Assembly: GCA_045532735.1 (NCBI GenBank)
Contig: JAZSGL010000091.1
Location: 29,275-93,274 of the forward strand
DNA length: 64,000 bases
Direction of reading: 5' to 3'
Source: Paludibacteraceae bacterium
GTDB taxonomy: Bacteria; Bacteroidota; Bacteroidia; Bacteroidales; Paludibacteraceae
The notes beneath the pieces were generated by a model. It was not told the DNA's origin and did no database searches. It worked only from the letters and a program-made list of their open reading frames with translations. This document shows, one piece after another, positions 17,916-25,200 of this stretch; the first letter of the stretch is position 1; each line of letters begins with the position of its first letter. Made by a program: the position numbers and the translations under genes.

Positions 17916-17986
17916 GGAACTTCGGGAATTTCAGGAAAATTAGGAATTTCGAAATTCCTTAAATTCCCGAAATTCCTTAAATTCCT
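17916..17986. repeat. Eight 9-bp GGAAWTTYN units, four in each orientation, centred on the palindrome AGGAATTTCGAAATTCCT
   Basis: Left arm: ggaacttc, gggaatttc, aggaaaatt, aggaatttc. Right arm: gaaattcct, taaattccc, gaaattcct, taaattcct. The array abuts the stop of the DUF3987 gene. Confidence 0.85.
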
Positions 17987-19270
17987 TTATGCTAGACGCA
18001 ACGAATTCTTCTGATAAAAACCATGTGCAATATGCTGAATATCATTAGATTGTGTGTATTTTGTCAACCAATTATTCATCGTTTTTACGCTCACTCCAAG
18101 GACCTTCGCTTGCTCAATGGCGTCTTGCTTCGTAAAGTCCGTGGGAAGCATTTGGAAGAATTGCTTTTGCAACATATTTCCCCCTATCTCACCCATTGGA
18201 GTGGGCTTCAATTCGGGCATCATCTGGAATACCATCGCCGCGTGCATCAGCAGTTTGTGACCAATGAGGAGTATCGTCTGAAAATCCTCCTCCGAGCAAA
18301 CGACTCGTTCGGGCAGCGGCTTGGTCATATCTAGTCGTAATCCTGTGAGGATCATACCTATACGCTTCATGATCACGGGCATACGCTTGAGCGAGGCGTC
18401 AAACAGTCCGCCTAGCTCCTGGCTATAGGTGTCATACTCGCTGCGGAACATACGTTTGATGGTCTTGAGTTGGGCATCCGTGAAGTAGAAGTAGCACGCA
18501 TGTCCTGCCTCCTCCATCCATAGATAGCGGTCGCCAAGTTCGGTGGCAAGACGGTCGTAGAGGATTGCTTCGCGAGGGGTATTACCCTCCGTATCTGTGT
18601 CCCACACCTGGTCATCGAAGTCCATACGACTATTGACTACATAGCAGCCAAAGCGGGACATCAGTCCATTCTCGCGGTTGCGCAAGAGGGGAGCTACTTG
18701 GTTAGGCGTACCCGATAGGAGCATGGCGATACGCGGGTAGCGAATCTCGATAAACTCGTTGTTCTGGCGGCGAAGTTGGCTGACCGTTTCGTGCTCGAAT
18801 ATACAGCGAACGATGTCGCCAAACTGACCGTAAGCGGCTCTGAGTGTTTGGGTTAGGGTGTCCATCTCCGTTGCGAAGACGATGCCGCGACCGTCGTACT
18901 CGTCCATCATCTTCATCAGGGCAGAGGCCGACGAGTTGGCGGGGATATACACCTGTTTGCCGTTCTTTCCCTCAATGGCCTGCAGCAACAGCCGACCGTA
19001 GTTCATGATGCCTTTGCCCGAGGCAGCAGGGGCAACAATCATGGTCAGCAGTTCGGGGCAGTAGGTGTGATGAGGGCGCCCGTGGAGCATGCGCATGGCA
19101 GGTACAGCGTAGCCGCAATTGGTTAATACAGAGAGCAATAGCATGTCGCGTGTCTCACCTACGGGAGCCACGGAGATAGCTCTTTCAATAAAAGATGGTA
19201 GTTGATTAGGTTGTAGGTTTGGGGTGATGAGAAGGTCATCCTTCTCTGGAATTAATGTACTTTTTTCCAT
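17987..19270 (-). CDS. DUF3987-like P-loop protein with C-terminal HTH (mobile-element replication/primase-helicase-associated family)
   Basis: Walker A VAPAASGKG, Walker-B-like GIVFATEMD and a C-terminal HTH-like segment (DAIEQAKVLGVSVKTMNNWLTKY). The family call is from memory of DUF3987 proteins in Bacteroides mobile elements. Confidence 0.7.
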   Translation of the reverse strand: MEKSTLIPEKDDLLITPNLQPNQLPSFIERAISVAPVGETRDMLLLSVLTNCGYAVPAMRMLHGRPHHTYCPELLTMIVAPAASGKGIMNYGRLLLQAIEGKNGKQVYIPANSSASALMKMMDEYDGRGIVFATEMDTLTQTLRAAYGQFGDIVRCIFEHETVSQLRRQNNEFIEIRYPRIAMLLSGTPNQVAPLLRNRENGLMSRFGCYVVNSRMDFDDQVWDTDTEGNTPREAILYDRLATELGDRYLWMEEAGHACYFYFTDAQLKTIKRMFRSEYDTYSQELGGLFDASLKRMPVIMKRIGMILTGLRLDMTKPLPERVVCSEEDFQTILLIGHKLLMHAAMVFQMMPELKPTPMGEIGGNMLQKQFFQMLPTDFTKQDAIEQAKVLGVSVKTMNNWLTKYTQSNDIQHIAHGFYQKNSLRLA

Positions 19271-19374
19271 TGTGTAATGGGGTTTAGGGTTATTTAATTA
19301 TATAAGGTGTACCTCTTAATAGATACACTGGAGGATCTACAATTTTTGGATTGCAACACAATCAAAATCGACTG

Positions 19375-19382
19375 CAAAATTA
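19375..19382 (-). promoter_or_regulatory. -7 box (TAatTTTG on the minus strand) for the DUF3987 gene
   Basis: The plus strand reads caaaatta. It lies about 105 nt upstream of the ATG at 19270. Confidence 0.4.
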
Positions 19383-19478
19383 CTGCTAAAATTTCTTTTC
19401 GCAATGCTTGCCACGCATTATAGGATATCCATTTTTATAAGTCGTAGATAACCAATAATTTGCCCAACCATTAGGTAT

Positions 19479-19594
19479 CTTATAAATCGGATATAAATGC
19501 TTATAAATCGGATATGAGATTTGGCGGTGTAGGGTAGTGTAGGATGGTTTAGAGTGGTGTAGTATGGTGTAGTATGGTGTAGAGTGGTTTTGAG
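19479..19594 (+). repeat. Iteron-like arrays: 2 x 21-bp (cttataaatcggatat...) then 7 x 10-bp (TGGTGTAGNN)
   Basis: The 21-bp units start at 19479 and 19500. The 10-bp units are cggtgtaggg, tagtgtagga, tggtttagag, tggtgtagta, tggtgtagta, tggtgtagag and tggttttgag (19525-19594). Confidence 0.85.
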
Positions 19595-19785
19595 TTTGCC
19601 CATCAATGCAAGTTTTTGCATTCTTTTGGGCAAAAACAAAAGTTAATCTATGAATTGACGATAATTGACAACCTAATTGACAATAATTGTCTTTAAAAAT
19701 TAATTCTCGATTTTTATTTATTTTTGTAGCTCGGAACGAGCGTATTTTTGTTTCTCTAAAATAATTTTCTACAATTTTGGTTAAT

Positions 19786-19894
19786 TTTTGGATCTCTTCC
19801 ATCCCTTATTCCCTTAAAAAATCGCATGTTTTTCAGAAAAACCAACAAAATTTATAAATAAATTTGTTTGTTCCGAAAAATTGTATTACCTTTG
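19786..19894 (+). promoter_or_regulatory. Promoter/operator module P, copy A (drives abiEi)
   Basis: 109 bp, about nine-tenths identical to 21945-22053. It contains the palindromes tttttcagaaaaa and aacaaaatttat..ataaatttgtt (19844-19868) and ends in the -7 box TAccTTTG (19887-19894). Confidence 0.8.
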
Positions 19895-19938
19895 CTGCAG
19901 ATTTCCCAAATATGTAACAAAAATGGGAAAAATTACCA

Positions 19939-20544
19939 ATGAAAAATAGCGTTGCAAATACTATTAAACAACTGATTATCAGCAGAGGACGTGCTAAGTT
20001 TTGGTTTGTTGATGATTTTGTTGCTATCGGAAGTAATGACTCTGCTCGTAAGGCACTTCAGCAACTGACCAACGAGCAGATGTTGCTCCGTATTTGCCAT
20101 GGTGTTTATTATTATCCAAAGATAGATCGCGAACTGGGATTAGGTGTCTTAATGCCTTCTAAAGAGAGTACGGCTCTTGCAATAGCCAAACATGCAGGGC
20201 TGAAAATTGTTCCTACAGGAGCATTTGCGCTGAATGCGTTGGGGATAACCACTCAAATGCAAACTGTTGTTGCTTTCTTGACTAATGGTCGCGCACGTCA
20301 AATTGATTTGGGAAACGAAAGATACATCAAGTTTTTTCATTCATCCTCGCAACGACTTTTTGAATACAAATCCTATCGCATGATACTCATCATCCAAGCT
20401 ATGACCGAATTGGGCGAAAATGGCTTGACCGAGGATGTTCGATCAAAGCTGAAAGAACAAGTGTCGTTGGTATCAGAAAGGGATTTTATCCATGACATCA
20501 AACTGGCTCCTATATGGGCGCAAACAATACTCAAAGAACTATGA
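19939..20544 (+). CDS. AbiEi-family (DUF6088-like) type IV antitoxin / transcriptional regulator
   Basis: 201 aa. The pattern CHGVYYYPK...PTGAFALNALGITTQ is typical of AbiEi-like antitoxins. Its stop overlaps the start of the AbiEii gene (ATGA at 20541-20544). Confidence 0.7.
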   Translation: MKNSVANTIKQLIISRGRAKFWFVDDFVAIGSNDSARKALQQLTNEQMLLRICHGVYYYPKIDRELGLGVLMPSKESTALAIAKHAGLKIVPTGAFALNALGITTQMQTVVAFLTNGRARQIDLGNERYIKFFHSSSQRLFEYKSYRMILIIQAMTELGENGLTEDVRSKLKEQVSLVSERDFIHDIKLAPIWAQTILKEL

Positions 20545-21551
20545 TTTACACCGATTTGCAAACAGAGAGGATGCTTGCCGTCCTTGATCAAGTTAGTGCC
20601 CAAACAAACTCTACTCAACAGACCATAGAGAAAGACTGGTGGGTGACTCAGGTACTACGGGTGCTATTTTCTCTTCCCTACGCCGCGCATTTATCGTTCA
20701 AAGGCGGAACATCGCTTAGCAAAGCGTGGAATATCATTGAGCGTTTCTCCGAGGATGTGGATATCGCCATTAGTCGGGAGTTTCTTGGCTTCGTTGGCGA
20801 ACTGAGTCGCACACAAGTGAGCGATAAGTTGCGCCGTGCGGCATGCTCGTTTGTACGCGATAAGATGCAGAATGACCTTAGAAAGGGTCTGGTAGCATTG
20901 GGTATTGCACCTGAAAAGTTTAATGTGTATGTGAATATCACTTCGGTAAGTACAACTGATCCTGAGGTTATATACATTGATTATGAATCTGTTCTTCCTA
21001 ATTCGGAATATATTGCACATACCGTCAAAGTAGAGGTAGGTGGTCGTAGTATGGCGGAGCCTGTGCAGAGTGTATCTATTCAATCGCAGATAGATGCGGT
21101 CCTTTCACAAGCTATGATAGTGCAGCCTGCGTTTGATGTTAATGTGGTGATTCCAGAACGAACGTTCTTAGAGAAGGTGATGTTGCTGCATGAGGAGTTC
21201 GCAAAACCTACGACTGAAGTACGCACGGAGCGTATGAGTCGACATCTATATGACTTGCACCGCATGTTGCATACAGATATTGCACAGCGTGCTTTAAGCG
21301 ACGAAGCACTCTATCGGGCAATAGTAGAACATCGCCGCAAGTTTATTAATCTGCGTGATTTTGACTACGATACACTTTATCCTAAGCACCTATCCTTGGA
21401 GATTCCTACCAATGTGATAGATCTGTGGCGCAAGGATTACGAAACGATGCAGCGTACCATGATCTATGGTCATTCTGTTGCTTTTGACGAATTGCTCGCA
21501 GAGATTCGCCAACTTAATAGATGTATCAGCCAACTGCCTTATCAGAAGTGA
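20541..21551 (+). CDS. AbiEii/AbiGii-family nucleotidyltransferase toxin (DUF1814)
   Basis: NTase motif FKGGTSLSKAWNIIERFSEDVDIAI. The ATG at 20541 was chosen over the track start because of the ATGA overlap with abiEi. Confidence 0.85.
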   Translation: MIYTDLQTERMLAVLDQVSAQTNSTQQTIEKDWWVTQVLRVLFSLPYAAHLSFKGGTSLSKAWNIIERFSEDVDIAISREFLGFVGELSRTQVSDKLRRAACSFVRDKMQNDLRKGLVALGIAPEKFNVYVNITSVSTTDPEVIYIDYESVLPNSEYIAHTVKVEVGGRSMAEPVQSVSIQSQIDAVLSQAMIVQPAFDVNVVIPERTFLEKVMLLHEEFAKPTTEVRTERMSRHLYDLHRMLHTDIAQRALSDEALYRAIVEHRRKFINLRDFDYDTLYPKHLSLEIPTNVIDLWRKDYETMQRTMIYGHSVAFDELLAEIRQLNRCISQLPYQK

Positions 21552-21693
21552 TCTTATGGAATAGTTTAAGTGGTTTAACATTCTATCTCCCACTGATCTC
21601 ACTAATCTTCACGGATTACCATGATTAAAATTAGTGTCGATCCGTGCTATCCGTGGGAGTTATATTCCCGCGTTTTGTTAATATTAATCCCCC

Positions 21694-21795
21694 CGTCGCG
21701 CCAGGATGTTCTTATCTCCCTTCGGTCGAACGATCGCTTCGCGTACGATTGGCGCGAAAGTTGTTTAAGTTGTCGTTATTATCAATAATTCTAGT
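21694..21795 (+). repeat. Module R1, long-loop copy; direct repeat of 15745-15846
   Basis: 102 bp with 1 mismatch. The stem is 21696-21703 / 21750-21757. Confidence 0.9.
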
Positions 21796-21815
21796 TGTTT
21801 TTTAGTTGTAGTGTC

Positions 21816-21944
21816 TAAGATTCAGGCGCGAGCGACTGCGCAGTGCCGGTGGTAATTTATTTCGGAGAACACAGAAAAGTGCGGATCATAGCGTAAAAAA
21901 GATTTATTAGATTTCTGCGAGCCTGCGAGCAAGGAGATACATAA
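21816..21944 (+). repeat. Module R4 (about 130 nt); second copy at 32443-32578
   Basis: Shared blocks are taagattcag, ggtggtaatttatt.cggag, aaaagatt.at.agatttctgc and aggagata. Between these blocks the two copies carry hairpins of different sequence at the same position. Confidence 0.6.
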
Positions 21945-22053
21945 TTTTGGGATCTATTCCATTCCTGTTCCCTTAAAAAATCACATGTTTTTCAGAAAAA
22001 TTAACAAAATTTATAAATAAATTTGTTTGTTCCGAAAAATTATATTACCTTTG
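21945..22053 (+). promoter_or_regulatory. Promoter/operator module P, copy B (drives the leader of the 2684-aa gene)
   Basis: It has the same palindromes as copy A (22003-22027). The -7 box TAccTTTG lies at 22046-22053. Confidence 0.8.
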
Positions 22054-22161
22054 TCGCCTAATACACAAAGGATTAACTCGTATCTGATTAGATATAATAC
22101 CATGAAAGTCAAGACATTTTGCCTTGCTTATGTAAAATCTTTCGTTTCCGCCCTTGAAAAT

Positions 22162-22170
22162 GGGGGGGGG
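22162..22170 (+). repeat. Homopolymeric G9 tract in the leader
   Basis: The sequence reads t ggggggggg t. The tract lies inside a 54-codon upstream ORF (ATG at 22102, stop at 22264-22266). Confidence 0.95.
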
Positions 22171-22223
22171 TATTTGTCTTATAAATTTCCAGAACTCCGT
22201 TCTAATCAAGTATTTTCAACCTC

Positions 22224-22255
22224 GCAGAGCCTTTTTACAAAGGGTTCTGCTTTTT
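22224..22255 (+). terminator. Intrinsic-terminator-like hairpin inside the leader, 34 nt before the giant-gene ATG
   Basis: gcagagcctttt / aaagggttctgc, a 12-bp stem including two G-T pairs, with a 3-nt loop followed by ttttt. Confidence 0.65.
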
Positions 22256-22288
22256 GTATGTTGTGATAAAATTTAATACCAAATATTT

Positions 22289-25200
22289 ATGAAAAAATTT
22301 ACTCTATTTTTAGTTGCGATGACGATGAGTTTGTTATCGTTTGCGCAAACTCAGATGAGCGGTACTTACACTGTGGGTACGGGTGGCTCTTATGATTATA
22401 GCTCTATGGCAGATGCTGGTATGGCAATCAAGGATGCTGAGTTTACAGGTGATGTAACTTTGCTTATCTGTACAGACTTAACCGAAACCATCAACACGGG
22501 TATCGTAAATAAGTCCAATTACACATTGACAATTCGTCCTGACAAGGATGAAAATCGTACCATTACCTATACTACAGCAACGGACAATACAGGTCCTACT
22601 GGTGTTTTTGTGATAGGTGGTGATATGACCAAGACTCCTGGTTCTACCATCGGTTGGGCTTCTGTTCCTACAAAGAATGTAATCGTCGATGGTGCTGCCG
22701 AAGGCAAAACTACACCTCGATTGAAAATTACAAACAATAAATGGGGCACTAATGTTTTGCTATATGGTGATGTACAAGATGTGATTATTAGGAATTGTAT
22801 TCTTGTTGGTAGAAGTGGTTCTAGCACAGCATATTCGTTGGCGTTTCGTTCTGAAAACTATTCGAAAACATCTAAAAATATTGGTCCTAAAAACTGCGTA
22901 GCAGAAAATTGCATTATAGAATCTGCATCAACACAGTCTCAAGTAGTATATTGTCAAGGAAACCAAGCCAATTCATACGCAGGTTATCCTACTAACATTA
23001 CCATTCGAAACTGTAGCATAACATCACATCTTCGTGGCATATTTTTGTATGGTGTAAACAACTTTGATATGGAAGGCTGTGTGCTTAAAATGTTAGAAAC
23101 TACGGCAGGATATATGTGTCACGGAATTTTAGGTACTACAGTTAGAGGAACTATTAATGTAAGAGGTAATAAGTTTATCAAAAACTCTACAAAAAATACT
23201 AGTGCAGGAGAATATGGATTGCAAACTATTACAGCTTCTGGTGGAGCAACTGAATGGGTGATTGAAAATAACTATTTTGCTGGTTATGATGCGTTAGCTT
23301 CTGGAACTACGTCAAAGGAGTCTCGTTTGGTAGGTATTCGTTGCGGTGATTATTGTGTAGTTCGTCATAATACATTCCATATGCCAAAACTAACCTACGC
23401 TCCTGGTACTTCACTCGTAGGTACACACGCTGTAGCATTATTATGGTTAGCAGGTTCTCATAAATATCCTGTTCAAAACAACATCTTCGTTTGCGAAGAG
23501 ACCGCAGCTAATGTTAGTTTGATTCGAGGAGGTTTGAATGAAAATGTAACTGGTAATGTATTCTACCACAATGGCGGAAAGGCAGCTATTGTAGCCGCTG
23601 CTCCTTCTTGTATGACCTTTGCAGATTTAGAAACATCATATCCTACTCAAGCAGCTACTTCAAAATGGAAGAATGTTACTTTTACAGATGCAGCAAATGG
23701 TGATTTGTCTTTAGCAGGACTCTCTGACGGAGATTTTGATTTAGCAGTTGATCGTCTTGCTGATGTGCTCACAGATATTGAAGGGAAAACTCGTGGTGAG
23801 AAAACACATGCAGGTGCATATGAAGGAACTTTCCGAGAGCCATTACCTTCTTCTATCTCTTTGAATGCTTATCCAGTGCAAGATTATAGTGCAAGTATCG
23901 TTGGTACAATGAAACGTGCTATTCAAAACGGTGAGAACACCATCGTGTTAACTCACGAAGCAGATGGTACCCCTCATATCTATAATATCGCACATGCTGC
24001 AAAGACCGTTACCGAAATTTCTCAAGAGGGCGTGGTGGCTGTAGACACAGAAAACTTGGGAGATTATTTATCTATATCAGACATCGCTTTGACTGAAGAT
24101 GGTAAATTAATAGCTTCCAACTATATGCGTTGCGAACAAGGAACAACACCTGCTACTGGATACAAGGTCGGTGAGATTCGTTACTACATTTGGAGTGATA
24201 TTAATGGTGCACCTACTCGTTGGTTTACAACCAATAGAACAGCAAACTCGACATATGCAGATGTTAGTTATACATTTGCCATAAAAGGTACATCTACGAA
24301 TGCGCAAGTAATGTCAACTGCTGTACACAATAGCAATCGTGCTGCTCGTATTAACTTGCACACAGTGGTAGGCGGTGTAGAAACTGCATATCATCGTTTT
24401 GGTCTCCATACCACAGCCTCTGAGTATACCGAAGCAAAACAAGGTTTGAACTTCCAACTTACAGCAACTCCTTTAGATAATGTATGGACACTGGAGGGTG
24501 AGTTGACAGATGCAACTTCATTTGCGGTTCCTGCTACACTTGGAGCAGAGTACAATGGAACTGCTCTTAATGGAACAAACCTCGGACAGAAATATAATGG
24601 CGTAAGTTATTTGCCAAACTATAATGATCATCACCTCATGGTGGCTCCTTATGCCGATGGATCGGGTAAATTAGCCGGTGTAAAAGTATTGGGTATTACA
24701 TATGGTTTTGATAACGCTATTGCTATAGCAACAAATACAAATTTATTAAATACTATTGACGCTACCGCCGCAGCCGCTACTGCGTATGTAGATGGTGATG
24801 GTGACTTGACTATTTATCTCATTGCGGATGCCAAAGTTTATGCGTTTAGTCAAAAAGCCCCTATCGCTGACTTCTGTACCGTTACGGCTACAGCTGGCGA
24901 GGGTGGCTCAGTAGAAGGTAGTGGTACATACGAAGCTAACACAATAGTTACTCTTACCGCAACCCCTGCAGAGCACTATACTTTCAAAAATTGGACTGTT
25001 GCAGGTTCTGAAGTTTCAACCACCGCAACATATTCGTTTGAAGTGACTACTGATGTAGAGGTGACTGCCAACTTTAAAGAAGATGATAAATTCACTATCA
25101 ATGCACATGCAGATCATACTAGCAAGGGTTATGTAACTGGTGGTGGAGAAAATATCTATGTTGGTACTGAACTACTGCTCAAGGCTACAGCGAAGAGCGG

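Noticed and set aside
19479-19594. Tandem arrays (also 17916-17986 and 34069-34250) as a CRISPR array
   Set aside because: The units are 9-21 bp with no unique spacers of CRISPR size, there is no repeat of 24-48 bp, and no cas genes are in the window.
19386-19802. 138-aa and 73-aa minus-strand ORFs in the DUF3987-abiEi gap
   Set aside because: They read straight through the 10-bp and 21-bp tandem arrays, giving peptides such as TTLHHTTPYYTTL, and through repeat modules R5 and R6 that recur in other non-coding gaps. I treat the region as non-coding.
22027-22266. 79-aa ORF as an ordinary protein-coding gene
   Set aside because: Its non-ATG start lies inside the duplicated promoter module, upstream of the -7 box. 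Only the ATG at 22102 could be translated from the predicted transcript, so I treat it as a leader ORF (see the leader finding).
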